A stretch of DNA of 64,000 nt from NCBI GenBank assembly GCA_977018835.1, contig OZ361257.1, positions 3,658,001-3,722,000 of the forward strand, written 5' to 3'. The stretch comes from Minutocellus sp. GHC0000111 (Eukaryota). Position 1 is the first letter of the stretch; each line of letters starts with the position of its first letter. This document shows positions 23,159 to 36,368 of the stretch, piece after piece. The position numbers were made by a program, and so were the translations under genes. Below the pieces are notes generated by a model. The model was not told where the DNA came from. It searched no databases and saw only the letters and a list, made by a program, of their open reading frames with translations.

Positions 23159-26100
23159 TTACAGCCTGACTGAGAATCCAGAAATGCATTTGTAGTGGGT
23201 TCTACCCTCCAGGGTGTCTTGGCCGTTTGTGCTGACAGCTGCGCTGCTAACGGTGGAGCTATCCCAATGTTCATCGGTGTGGACATTGGATGGCACTCCC
23301 GTGCTACTTGCAACCAGCAACGCAAATAGACTGCGTCCTTCCGCGGTTCCCTGTATTGAGAGAAAACATCCGTATAGAGTTGATGTAGACAAGAGCAGAT
23401 TGATCGGTATTGCGATAAGTATGAGTTGAATATCCCAAGTAAGTAGGAACAGAGGCACCTGAAGCGAGAAACCAACATGAGTGTGCAGGTGCACACAATT
23501 TCAGACTTACCCTGTCCTTCTTCTTTGAAGCAGATTTCTTGCTCGCGGTCACTGTCATGCCGACTGGAACTGCCAAGTACTCATTCGACCGACTCTTTCT
23601 ACTGTCACCAGTGTCACTCGCAAGTGATTTTCCATTCGTCTTGGTATTAGAAGCTCCGGTCCCGTCACTACTTCCGGCCGCTGCCTTCTCCCTTCGCTGC
23701 TTTTCTGCTCTCGCTGCAGCAGCAGCAGCAGCTTTTCTTTCCTCTTCTTTTTTGGCGACATCTGCGTGGTGCTGACGAATAACATCCTTCACTTTCTCTT
23801 CGGTAGCATCTCTATCTTCCGTGACCTTGCCACCACGGATAGTAACCATACCCGCGTCGCGGTCAATATCAATCATCACACCGAAATCTTTTTGGATGCT
23901 ATTGACGACTGATCCCTTGCTTCCAATGATGGCGGGGATATCGCTACCTTCGATGTCAAAAGATTTACCAATATGTTGCCCTTCCCACGCCTTCATCCAG
24001 TCTCCAATTGCAGCTTTGGCAGACTGAACATTCGACTCGCTGCCTTGCACTTGCAATCTACCTTCGGGCAATATCTCGATGGTGACATTGTATTCATCTC
24101 GGAGAGACGTGATGTGATCTCCGGACTTGCCAATAAAGGCCGGCTGAGCTTCGTCAGGGATATCAATGAATGCACACTCCTTCTTCATCGTGTCGATAAG
24201 CTCGATGAGCTTGGTTGCGACGGCGGAGACCTTTTCCTCGTCCTTGCCGCGAACAAAAATTGTGAGTGCCTCCTTGGATGCTTCAACGGAGCAACCACTG
24301 TCATTCTCCAGCAAACGAATGGTTGAGCCGCCTTTGCCAACAATATTTGGTAGTAGCCATGCTTCCGGCTGGCTCAACCTGTGAACGTAAACAAGCCGTT
24401 CCAGCTCAACAATACGATCTTTCACCAGCTTGGAGGCTGTCTGAACCTTGTCTGAGTCAGATGATCGGATCACTACGAACGACATGTCTCTATCGATACT
24501 GATTGATGCCCCACTGGCTGACACGATACCAGCAAGAGCGCTAGTATCGTCCATCGATTTCATCAGGGACTTCTCCACCTTGATGTGTTCCATTGAAGAG
24601 GAGAGAACAAAGTCGAGGAAGTCAAAAAGAAGGGATTTGGCCTTCTCCACGCCAGACCTATTGCCGGTGACACATACAGCTTTCATGTCATCGTCAAGGG
24701 CAAGGTCAGTTTCGGTAGACGTTCGAATGCGCTCGAAGTGCGAGGGATCCTTGGTTACGGCTGTGCTCACGATGGAATATTGGCCGGCATCAAGATCAAT
24801 GTAGGATGTGTACGAGCCGGTGAGAATCTCCATCACCCGGCCCTTTGCATAGCGGACGTCAGACGAGACACCTCTGATGCGAACAGAAGAACTCGTCACT
24901 GTTATTTGAGTGTTGGTATCGGAACCAACATCTCTGAAAGACGACTCCTTTTCGAGCTCCTCTTTTTGGTCCGATGAGATTGGGAGAGACTCTTCCATCT
25001 TTGCGGTGGCCAGTGAGGCAACAATCTTGGATCGAGCTTCTTCCACCTTTTCCTCGGGTCCTCTCATGGTGAGGATTGCAGAAGAGTTGGAGTCATCACT
25101 GACCTGGATGCTAACTCCTGAATATTCAGCCTCGATTGCCTTGACGTTTTTACCACGCTTGCCTATAATTGTTCCAGCGGTACCATCGGGGAGAGACATC
25201 CGGACGACTGCAAACCCATCTCCTCCCTCAAAGACCTGCTTGATACGCTGTACTCCCGCCTTGACATTGTCTTCTTTTCCGCGAATAAAGAGACGGTGCT
25301 CTGATGAGCGATAAATTAAAGTGACATCGTGCTCCTTTTCAACTCTCCGAACGAGACTATTCTCGCCTCCCTGAAACAGAGCCTTTTCTTCGTGTGAAGG
25401 AATCTCATATTCCTCAACATAGTTAGAACCAAGGAGGTCAAGAACAAGAACAGCACCTCGGTCAACTTGTTCGGCAGTGCCGCGGAGCACGAAGTGTGTG
25501 TCCTCAGGATTCATTCGATACGTAACGCCGATTCTGTTCATTTCGTCCCTCAATTCCTTGCCGGGCCCTCCGAGCACACGTCCGATCAAGTTCTTTTGAA
25601 TTGGTATTTCTCGAATTTGATTCTTGGCGATAATTGCTTCGATCGCAACCTTGATCTTTTCTCGCTCCTCCTCGTTATCAGCTTGAATGATGATAACGCC
25701 GGTGTCTTTCTCGACCTCGATCTCGCCACCAGCACCGAGGGCTCGTAGCTTCTTCACCATCTGACCGCCTCGGCCAACAATTTGCGGGAGGGCGGCCAAG
25801 GGCGCATGAAGAGTGGTGCAGCACTCTGAGTTGAATTCATCGAGGCGCTGTTGCACCGATTCCTTTGCCTTCGCGGCATAGATTTGTTTAGTTCGAATGA
25901 GCAATTTCGATCCCTTTCCTACAGCGTCCTTCCGAAAGGCCAGACGCACCATATCTTTCTGCACGCCCATCTCTTCGTTGATCTCCACCTGTGCAGCTCC
26001 AATTCGCTTGCCCTGATCAGCAAGGAGATACTGCCGCTGCATGGGATTGGCATTGACAAATACCTCCACGTCCTTGTGGGCTGCGACCATAGTTTCGATT

Positions 26101-27379
26101 TCGGCAATGGCAGCCTCGGCAGCACTGGAAGGGCCATCTACAATGACGGTGGACGAATCTCCTCCCTGGTTCTTGTTGACGATGATCGCAACGCCATGTT
26201 TATCCGTGAGAGCATTTTCCGTCGCTCCACCCTTGCCTACGATCAGACTCGCTTCTCTCGATGTCAAAATCTTGGACAAGGATCGCACTTGCATGGTTGC
26301 CAGATCCGTTTCTGCCGTTGCAATACGCTCTGGGATTCCAGTAAGGACCACTGCCGATCCACCCTCTGCAAAATTAATCCGGACGCGATGCTTAGCCCTG
26401 AACTTGTCCAGCATCCCAAGGCGTTTGCTCGACGTGAGGTAAGTCATGGTGGCCTTGGATAGTGGTACCGTCTTGTCCACGGCCAGAGCAATAGCTTCAA
26501 CCTCCCGGGCTGCCTTTTCCAGTGCCGCTTCACTTCCACTCATGTGGATCTTGCTTTCCTCCTTGTCAACATCGATCTGAACTCCGGTCCTTGCTTCGAT
26601 TAGGCGGACGTTGGCCCCGTTCTTGCCAATAACCTGCCCAAGCCTCTTCTCGGGACAAAGGATGGAGCGGGATTTGAGGTCGTTGGGGGAGCAATCCAAC
26701 TTCTGGGCCAGCTGGACCTTGGCCAAGATGGTATCCAGCTCGGATATCGCCTCAAGCTTTTGTCTGTAAATTTCTCTCAACTTATCGAGCTCCTCCTTCT
26801 TCTGCCGAATCTTTCGCTCGTGCCGGTCATACTCATCCAGGGTTCGCTTCTCCTTCTGTATCACTTGCATTTGGCGCAACAATGCCTTCTCCTCCGCCAG
26901 GGGTAGGCTGCTTCTGGTGCGCGTGGCCTCCAATTCTTCCAGCTTGGCATCCAACACTTCTCGGTTTCCCTTCGGTTTCTTCGGGGCGGTCTTGCACAGA
27001 CGATTCAGCTGCTCAAGAGCTGCATCGAGTTTTGCCTGAATTTTTGTTGAGGGCAGATCATCAACGGCATGGCAGAAATAGAATTTTAGAATGAGACCCA
27101 GACAAATATCCGCGAGCAAGCCGCACAGCAGGATGTCGCATAATAGAACAGATATCACGACGATGCAAGAAGGAATGCATTGGCACCATGGCAGATCCCG
27201 TGGGATGGTCGCGGATGCAGTTGCCAAGTCATTTATCATTTATTTCATTTCACGGTTTTGCTTGCCATCGGTCTCTTGATGCGTAGCGAACCGCAGCCAT
27301 CATCACTCACCTTGTCCAATTCCTTCTCGGCATTCGTTGTCCCGAGGCGCTTTTGCAGCAGAGCTGACTTATCCGCCAT
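23159..27379 (-). CDS. Multi-KH-domain (vigilin-like) RNA-binding protein
   Basis: Repeated IGxxG KH motifs (IGKNG, VGKGG, VGRGG, IGKRG, IGKSG, IGSKG); N-terminal coiled coil; GT donors at 27310 and 23510; last exon ends GFSVRL*. Confidence 0.9.
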
Positions 27380-28014
27380 GGCACCGTGGACAGTTAGGAA
27401 TTTCCTATGTGGTTGCTTTTGGCTGTTGGTATGGTCACGTTGGCAGTAACGACGGTAAAAGCGGTGGCAGCTACGCCATGCGAGAAAATAACAAACGGGG
27501 AAAAATAACTGAAATTAGGGGCTTCCCATTCCCCGCTACTATTTTTGTCACACTTCCCGACTTGTTCGAGTGCTTGAATCTCATCAATGTGTCATGTGTG
27601 CTTGTGGGGTCGCGGGATCGGCATCTGTAGCATTGCTCGGTCTCACTATTTTACTTCTCATCAAACATGATGAGAATCATCAATTGCCGGCTCTATCCGT
27701 CTCTGCTTGCCTCTTTCTAAGACAGGAATCTATTGCACCTATTGAATAAAAACAATATCACTTTTCCTTCTTTCGCCATCGTCGTCTTGAATTAAGGCTG
27801 TGCTCCTCGATCTACCGGTAGACTAGGACAGGATAGCTCAACCTTCTCTCTAGAGATGAAACAAGACCGTTTCGATCGTACCCACACTCTATTTAAAATC
27901 TATATATAAGCGAAACCATTTTTTGGACGTAGCATATTCGTAGCATTCACCCGGTGAATTCGCATTGCTACTACTTCGATCGGTTGATCGATTTTTCTAA
28001 ACGTAGCGACTTCA

Positions 28015-29052
28015 CTACGCAAGCACGGCGGCTGCTGTGCGCAAATGTCGTGCCACGGAGATTGGCGACGAGGAATCTGAGATTGTAGATGCAGCATCGT
28101 CTCCCTCGGCCTTAGTTGGTGTGGATGGGTTGACGGGGGTTTCAGGTTGTTTCGTACCATTGTGGGAATCTTGGTCGTCATTTGAAAGAGCATATTCTTC
28201 ACTATTCTCGTACAGATTCCAAAGGCGCTCTTTTGTAAACGCAAGAGCTTCCATATCGATCTGACTGCCTGGCGAGACTGTTCGAATGAGTTCATCAAAA
28301 TCACGAAGATAACTCGACGAGGCTGATGCAGAAGATAGAAGACCAAGACCCTCCATCGCGTTGAAAATTGATGCAATTGCAACAGTCGAAGCCTTTTGCG
28401 TCACGGAGACGGAATAATCGCAGATGGAAAGTTCGGCAAAGAAGAGAGAAAAATCCAAGAGGCATGTGGCCATTTCATCATCTTCAATGGTAGGGGTTGA
28501 GGGGATGGTTGGGAGAATATTCAGCAGTCTCGACACAAGACAAATGACTGTAGGGGGGTGGAGTCGCCAATGGAGTGTCTCGGATATCACGGATTCGAAT
28601 TCAGCGATGTCGATCATCGCAAACTCTCCTTGGCTGAGATCCGAAAGGACGCCAATCATGCGCATCTTGTCTGGCTGATGCACTTTGACGGCGAGGTGAA
28701 GGGCTGCAGTTGCGGCTCTCTTGAAGATTCGCCGATCGATCATGGGCACACGGCTAAGGTATCGATCGAGATAGTTCATGCTGATGGCGATAATCTCGCG
28801 GTCAATCTTGAAATAATCCATCACGCGGTACTTCCATTCAACAATCTGATCGCGGCAGAACTCGTCTACGAGCTTTGGAGGACCGGCGTCCTTAGCCTCG
28901 CACTTTGGAATGACCCATTGTGTGCTACTTTGTTGGTTCGATTGAATCACGGCAAGATAATCGTTACACGTCGCTTCATATGCGTCTTCCTGTTTCAACA
29001 TTGCACCCAAAACATCGAGATGCTCCTCGGTGATGCTAATGGGCGCGTCCAT
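28015..29052 (-). CDS. Cyclin, diatom-specific (dsCYC-like) type
   Basis: CRDQIVEWKYRVMDYF..DRE...MNYLDRYLS..LAVK..LSQG.F...E...L.WRLHPPT cyclin box. Confidence 0.9.
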   Translation of the reverse strand: MDAPISITEEHLDVLGAMLKQEDAYEATCNDYLAVIQSNQQSSTQWVIPKCEAKDAGPPKLVDEFCRDQIVEWKYRVMDYFKIDREIIAISMNYLDRYLSRVPMIDRRIFKRAATAALHLAVKVHQPDKMRMIGVLSDLSQGEFAMIDIAEFESVISETLHWRLHPPTVICLVSRLLNILPTIPSTPTIEDDEMATCLLDFSLFFAELSICDYSVSVTQKASTVAIASIFNAMEGLGLLSSASASSSYLRDFDELIRTVSPGSQIDMEALAFTKERLWNLYENSEEYALSNDDQDSHNGTKQPETPVNPSTPTKAEGDDAASTISDSSSPISVARHLRTAAAVLA

Positions 29053-29789
29053 AGAAGACCGGCGGTCTTCATGAAGCTCCTCACGAGGGATCATCGTCAA
29101 CTTCAGCATTTTGAGATGGGGATATTGCCAAGACAAAATGAGCGCGACAGACTCCCTTTCAAGAGATGAGTTGTGCCGTGTAATGCGGACCTTTCGAAAC
29201 AATAATAATGAGGGGATTGCTCAAGAATTGACAAAGGGCAAGGGAAGACTGCTGGTGTCGAGGACCACAGGGAGTCTGCAGCGACCAACCGCATCGGATC
29301 CGATCAATTTGAATTGAAAATCATGTCGAAGACACAAGTAGGTGCGCCAAGGCGCGCCCGCGCGGCCAAAGCATGGGTCGGGATGCAGGCCGGGTGTCTT
29401 TTCACTATCGATTGCACAAAAAAATTATCGCGCACTGTGCAGTGTGCCAACGCTGCGATTGGAAATTTAACCGCCAGACAGGCAGCAATTACCGACCGGT
29501 ATATGTATCTACCTTGTAGATCTACTTAGCTAAGCCACATGTAGGCCTTTGCTACCGGTCCCTTAGGAATTCCTAGTGATGTACGTTTACAGTGTGCAGA
29601 GGATATCTGCTTCTTGATTTCGCATTCGGCCCCCGCCCGATCTCCACAAAAATTCGTCAACTTTCATTCAATACACAAGATCTATTTTCCGCTGTGAGCG
29701 AGCTAGAGTCCTACATGAATACCTAACGGTACCGGTGTGTCCATACAGATTGTATTATTTCATTACAATCTTCCTAACTACATGATATC

Positions 29790-29945
29790 AACACATGTAC
29801 ATTTGTACATGTAGATCCACACATACATACATGTACGGTAGCTGATAGTAGTAGACTTACATGTAGTCTAGTAGAGATCGAGCTTGCAATGAAATCCGTC
29901 GTCTCACACCCATCTGCACCTTCTAGCTAGCTACATGTAGAGTAA
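29790..29945. repeat. Cluster of TA-flanked short palindromes (TACATGTA x4, TAGCTA, TCTAG)
   Basis: TACATGTA at 29806, 29828, 29858 and 29932. Confidence 0.8.
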
Positions 29946-29986
29946 GATGGCCGAAAACAAATTATAAACCGTTACCCATATTCACC

Positions 29987-32900
29987 TTAGCTGTAATCCC
30001 TCCTTTCATGAACAGACCACTTCAGCCCGGCCTGTTCCAGCCTAGTGACGAACTCCTGCTTCAGCTTGTTCTTGGCATATGCAGATCGTTGGCGATTCAC
30101 CCAACGGCCAAGGCTCTTCGGGGGGTTGTCGTCGGTTTTGAAGTTTGCCGGTACATTGCCATCCCATCCGGATTCAGGATTCTCCGTGCGACGATCTTCG
30201 GCATATTCCAAAAGCGCTTCGTACATAACATCCCACGACGTTGTAGACAAGACAGACCACCTCAAACCAATGCGCTCCAACTCTTCCTGGCGTTCTTTCT
30301 TCAGTTTGCCTGCCTGGTAAAGACTTCGCTGTCTGTTGATCCAGCGGCCGAGATTCTTGTCCTCGTCGAAATCGCTGCCGTTGGCCTTGATTCTGTAATT
30401 TGTTGGGACGTTTCCATCCCAGCTCTCTCCGCTCGCCTCCTTTTCTTGGACATACTTTCGGAGTTCTCTGAGCATGTCGGGCCATGCATTCGTTGATAGC
30501 ACGCTCCATTTGAGACCAGTGCTGAGAAGCCTCTCCTCACGTTCTGGCTTGAGCGACCCCTTCGTTTTGGCCGACCGCTGAATATTGATCCATCGACCAA
30601 GAGCTTTCCCGTCTTTGGTCTTGTACGTGGTAGGGACGTTGCCATCCCATTTCCACGGTTTGCCTCCTCTCATTGTGCCAGAATGCTTGGCATTTTGCTC
30701 TCGAACATATTCCACGAGACATTCGAACATTTCATCCCACTTTTGATTCGACTGCGTGTTGCTTGTGGAGTAGGACATTGCGCTCCCGGGCGTTGCAATC
30801 GATGAGTATGACCCCGCTGTTGATGTAGATGCGCCGGTAGCAGGCGTTGATGGTACAAGGCGGCGAGGGGCAGCACCAGGTGTAGTCAAATTTTGACGAA
30901 TCGTACCATTTCCGACGGCAGAAGCAATGGCCACAGATGCGGTAGATGTTGTTGCTGAAGGCATGGGAGGCCGCCCCACAACCACGGGCGTCCGGTTATG
31001 AATGAGTGGCGTGTGATCGGGGGGCGTAGGCCGTTTTGTGCGCTTCTTCAGAGGTGGTTGAGGTGCCGGTGTCTTCGGAGTTGGCTGTGACACTCTACTT
31101 GCGACTGTCGAAGGTGGAGGACTCTTCATATTACCGCTGGGTATGATGGTACTTGGTATACCTGGTGGCCCAACCTTTGGATTTAGCGCGGTCGGGGGAG
31201 GGACTACTGTGGCTCCAGCAGCAGCCATTTTCGTGAGATCTCCGGGCAAAGTTGCAGAGCTAGCGGCGTCGACAGCTGCGGCGACTGCGTCGTAATCCAC
31301 TGATATCTGAGAATTAGTTGTCGAAGGGGCCGCTGGTGCAGCAACGGCGGCGGCGGCGGCTGGTGCTGCTGCTGGCGGCGGCGCGACAACAGGTGCCGGC
31401 TTTTCTTTTACAGGCGGAACGTCAGGAAGTGGAGCGGGTAAATCCGCCATTGCCATATCGAAAAATCCAAACCCACTATCTGTTCGTTTCCTCGGGGGCA
31501 ATCTCTTCTTCTCAGTGGGAGGCTTTGCAGCCTTGGTTATGGCTGATAATGAAGCACCAGTAGCAACCTGCGATGCAACCTTTGGACCCGGTAGTGATAT
31601 TGATGTCGGAGCGGGCAACGTGCTTCCACTACTTGCAGCAATGGTCGATGTGGGTGCTCCAGGATGCCTAATGACGGCATTTTGTGGCTTTTCCGATGGC
31701 GCGGTGGGCGTCTTTGTATTAACAGTGGTGGTCGCCGACGAAATGGCAGAGGTACCGATCGACTTCTTTGGAAGTTTTGGTGCAGTGGCGGCGGCGCCTG
31801 CTATAGGTGCGGAGCGAGCTGCTACCTGTGGCCTAACCACTGGCTTGATTCCTGACTTCGCAGCGCTTGAAGGCTTGGCCCCAGGCTTGCTAGACTTCAC
31901 AGCGCTTGAAGGCTTGGCCATTGTTACAGGCCGTGCGGTGTATTCGATCTTGACTTTCTTCATGCCCGGTGGCGTCTTGCCCCCTGCCTTTGTGCTCGCA
32001 ATGGCCTTTTCAACGTCGCTGGCAATATTGAACAGCTGCTTGCTCACAGTAGCCATGGCTGCCGCAACAATGGCAGATAATTCCGCTGGGGAGGCACCAG
32101 CAGCAGTGGCTGCTTCAGCAGCAGCCTTTGCGGCAGCGGCGGCTGCTCCGTGGGGCATATTTTTGGGGAAATTGACAGAGAGCGAGTGTGTGACAGGCGC
32201 AGCAGAAGCCGCATCAGCCCTCCTAATCTTCGATGTCGATTTGGTCTTCGTTCCGCTGGCACCAGTAGCTGGCCGAGCTGCTGCAGATTTCTATGTTTTC
32301 ACAGCAATCTTTTTCGGCACTGACGAAGTTTTGGATGCTGAAGATTTCTTTCCTCTTTGAATCTGAGCCGCGGCTGCACCAGGCCCAGTACTGCCACTTG
32401 CCAAGCTAGCCTGCGCCAACGTCGGTGGGGTTGCCATCTGAACTAATGCTAAACCACCAGCGGTATCGCTGGCATCTATGTGGCCTGAAGAAGCAGTAAC
32501 GTCGTGGTGAAGCGCATTGGCGGTGATTTCCGCCACAATGTCGGCATGACCAGCGGCAGCTCCAAAGGAGATGTCCGACATACCTCCCCAGGAGTCGGCC
32601 CGCTCCCTGGCGGATGTTGCAATGAGTGCGGTCCATGATTCGGTCGTATCCGACCGTTGACGACCTCCACTCCCAATTCCACTCGCGCCCCCACCACTGA
32701 TGAGGGCTTCGTACAAAAGCTTCTGATGCGCAGAATCAAGGGTGTGAGCAGAATCTTGCGAATGATCCGAATTCTTGCGATTTTTGCCATCTGTTGCCGA
32801 TGAAGCCGTTGCTCCAGACCCTCCGTGTCATTTTGAAGTACCTGGTCCTGTTCCTCCCGCGGCAGCTGCCGCGGCTGCGTGCGATTAGGCAGCAGGCTTG

Positions 32901-34177
32901 GTCTCTCCAAGAGCATCGAGATGGTCCAGCGCCGAGCTAATCGTATCGCCGCGGCGTTTATTTCGTTGGCTGCCTCGGCTAGTTTTTTGCTGCGCATGCG
33001 AAGAGGATGCAATTTCTTTGGAATTTCCGGAATGGTGGGAAGAGTACGACCCATGACTACCGCTCCGTAACTTGCCAGACAAATTGGTATCAAAATGAAC
33101 ATGGCCGTCTGGTCCATCAGGCGCGCCTAAGCCTTCGCCGAGCGCCACACCACTGAGAAATTCCAGCGTATTGGATCTCGATCGTCCTCCACTGCCGCCC
33201 AATCCTAGTAGGTCCGAACCACTGCCTTCCAGAAGCCCCGCACCTGCCATCAGATCAAGCGTATTGGACCGTGATCGCAGTCCAAGGGAGCCGATGGATT
33301 CCTGCGACATACTCCGAGGGCGGGATCCCAACAGCGCGTCGACTGCCGTCCCAACCAAAGAATCGACAGGATCCCCATGAGGATGATGACCAGAATGGTC
33401 CGAGGGGGGTGGGTGAGAACCTGTTAGGGAGAAGTCCACCGATAGCTTGCGCGATCGGCCACTGGCTCCACCGCCGCTAGCGCCTCCTGCAACTGGTGCC
33501 GAAGGGAAGTGATCCTCGGGAGAACCGGCGGCGCCAATCAAGCAAGCATCGGCTCCAACGCCGAAGGAGAAGAGGCGGTCCCTCCCGCCCAATAAGCTAG
33601 TATCGGCAAAGGAGAGCAATCGATCCCTCCCGCTGGCTCCGTCGAAACCATCCATCCCACCGCCAAGCAGAGATGCTGGGTCGACGACCTCGACGACAGG
33701 CCCTGCGATGGTGGGTCCTGCCGACTCGTTACCTGTCGTAGCGGCCGAAGCCATACTGAGACCACGGGACCGCGTCCGAGGGCGCTTGGAGGGGGGGATC
33801 TTGGTCGGTGGGGTATCGTCAGCATCCATGTCCTCGTCGCCTTCTTCCAGGGTCGGAGCGAAATTTTTGGCGGCAGCGGTAGCGCCGCTCGACGACGAAG
33901 ACGCCGCCGAGGCGGCCTTCTTGCCCTTTCGTCTCTTGCTCGCATTGGATATGGCAGGAGTTTCGGCCGATGCCGAGGCAGCCGATCTGGCTGACGCGTC
34001 GCTCTTGCCCCAGGTCCTTCTGGGACTGTGTCTCCTTGCCGCCGAAGCGTTATCGCCGGCACCGCCGTCCGCCTCGCCGGCTTCTTCCAGCATCGCTTCT
34101 TCGTCCTTCATGATAGCCTCCTCTTCTTCGAGGTGAGAGAAAGAACGGAGCTTGCGCTTCTTGTTGACATACGTCAT
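29987..34177 (-). pseudogene. Helicase-associated (HA) triple-domain protein; one reading frame interrupted by three in-frame stops
   Basis: Three HA repeats (W..M...L..Y...GNVP..Y...LGRWIN.QR) at the C-terminus. ORFs 32885-34378, 32291-32716 and 29987-32158 share one frame. Stops: TAA 32885-87, TGA 32828-30, TAG 32291-93. Confidence 0.75.
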
Positions 34178-35011
34178 GGTGGCCGTTGTATCCTTGCCCC
34201 CAACTTGGAGCTGGTGGTCCGTCGCTCGGTGGCACAACTTAGGCTTTGCAATTGCGTTCGTTCGTCGAGAAAAAATGAAGAGAGGTAGAGGGGCTCGGTT
34301 CCAAGAACGATGCACAAGATGCGTCGCAAATCGAAAGCTCGAACACCGAGAGGCCAACGCAAACGACAGAGGCAGCAACTACCAACCTCTGGTCTTCTAG
34401 CCTGTAAATTCGTTTCAAGGGAGGTTGGCAAGGCTGTGCTTTGCTTCTTCCCAACGAAAGATGGGAGGCGAGGGTGGGTCGGCTGGTCACTTGAAGATGC
34501 GCACCGTCGTCGCGATTCTTGGTTGAGCTTTTTGAGGTCCTGTCCGTCGTCGGAAAATAATACGATTGCTAAAGAGTTTTCATCTGCTGCTGGGGGGAGC
34601 GGAGAGAGAGATGGGAGGAGCAGAGAAACGCACATATGGAGAAATTCCTATCTGACAGCAAGTAGGAGAGAAAGACAGATGCGTGGACATGGTGGTCTAT
34701 TTGTGGAGAAGGAGGATGGGAAGAGGCTCTCTCTCGTACCGGTCGGTACGGTACGGACGGTGGTCCATGTGAGAGCCAGACGCCAACTCCTTTCCCTCAA
34801 TCTCTCGCCGAATGGCGAAACGAATATGCCTAGACTCTAAGTTTTACGTTCCGGTGATAGAATTGAACTTCAATGTCTAGAGAGGAGAAAACATAAAACT
34901 GAGAGCACTTTCAAGCTTAGGCGCTGTACAATGTAGATATGGTACCGCATTCTTCCCTGCTTGCCTGCTTGGCACATGCGCAACTCTTTGTATTGCAACT
35001 TTGAACCAGAT

Positions 35012-36115
35012 CTAATCAATCAGACCATAATCATTTTTGAGAATATCAATGATTTCCTTCTTTGGATTGGCACTTAGGACGATGGGCTGGCCAGTAATCT
35101 TCTCGGCAATTCCCATGTATGTCTTCGAAACGGTCTGAAGAGCCTCAACGGGCAAAGCATTGTCGCGGGCAAGAGCCGTACGTTCCTCCATTCGAGATTT
35201 GTTGAGAAGAATATCAGGATCGGGGAAGTGGCTCAGCAGAAACTTGCGAAAGCCCTCCTTGGAATTCTCTACGACCTTGCCCGCCTTGTATTCGGTCTCG
35301 TCCCAGATACGAGAAGAGTCCGGAGTACCGACTTCGTCCATGTAAATCAATTTTTCCTTGCCAGATCCATCCCTGACATATCCAAATTCAAACTTGGTAT
35401 CGACAAAGATCTGGCTTACTCCAGCAAGTGCCTTGTCGATCACCCCAAAGCCTTCCTTCAACAAATTTTCATATGCGTCAATGTCTTCGGGTTTCGAGAA
35501 GTTGAATGCGGCGTAATTGTCCTCAATATTCTTGCGGGTAATGTTGACATCATCAACCTCGGGAACACCTGGAATGCCTTTCAAGATGCCCTTTGTGGAG
35601 GGAGTGATGAGCAACTCTGGCAGCTTGGAATCCTTCTGCAGACCCTCTGGGAGCTGGATGCCGCAGAATTCCCGCTCCCCCTTGGAATATGCGCGCCACA
35701 TCGATCCCGTGATGTACTGTCGGCAGATGGCTTCGATCATGACCGGCTTGGCCTTTTGGACAATCCAAACGAAGGGGTGGGGGATATCGAGGATGTGGCT
35801 GTCGGCCAGCCCATTCTCCTTGAAGAGCTTGAACCAGTGGTTGGAAACAGCGTTGAGAGAGGCGCCCTTTCCAGGCACACCCTTCAGACTGCCCTCCCCG
35901 TGCCAGATGCAATCAAAGGCGGAAATGCGGTCGGAAATGACCATGATGGCCAATGGAGCGTCGGGGGCAACGTCGTAGCCCTTCTCTTGGATGAGACGCT
36001 TGCTATCTTTCTCTGTGAGCCAGTACACGGAGCGCACCTTGCCGCTGTGGACCGGCTGGTCCGTGCGGATGGGGAGATCGTCGTTCACGGCAAGGACTTG
36101 GTCGGCGAGGCTCAT
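35012..36115 (-). CDS. purC: SAICAR synthetase, Vibrio/Shewanella type
   Basis: [63 protein letters not shown]; intronless. Confidence 0.95.
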   Translation of the reverse strand: MSLADQVLAVNDDLPIRTDQPVHSGKVRSVYWLTEKDSKRLIQEKGYDVAPDAPLAIMVISDRISAFDCIWHGEGSLKGVPGKGASLNAVSNHWFKLFKENGLADSHILDIPHPFVWIVQKAKPVMIEAICRQYITGSMWRAYSKGEREFCGIQLPEGLQKDSKLPELLITPSTKGILKGIPGVPEVDDVNITRKNIEDNYAAFNFSKPEDIDAYENLLKEGFGVIDKALAGVSQIFVDTKFEFGYVRDGSGKEKLIYMDEVGTPDSSRIWDETEYKAGKVVENSKEGFRKFLLSHFPDPDILLNKSRMEERTALARDNALPVEALQTVSKTYMGIAEKITGQPIVLSANPKKEIIDILKNDYGLID

Positions 36116-36368
36116 CTTGGCGCGCAACTTTTGAGAATCGAGCGGTGCTGCGAGATCGCGGCGGAAGACGGACGGACGTGCGTTTGTGACTGAATTGCAG
36201 AATGATGAGGGTGGGAGGGCCCTGAGCAACAAACAGCGAGCGCTGGAACAGCTTTGCAGCTTTACTGTAATAAAAAGAGAAGATTCATTCAGACCCATCA
36301 ATAATACATGTAGAGAACCGGCAGCAAAAGAACAGCTACTGTCTTATGTATGCACTATCTATCTCTCT

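Noticed and set aside
36116..36301. N-terminal extension of PurC as a targeting peptide
   Set aside because: The upstream ATG lies about 70 nt from the RPN3 stop, within its likely 3'UTR; similarity to bacterial PurC starts at Met 36115
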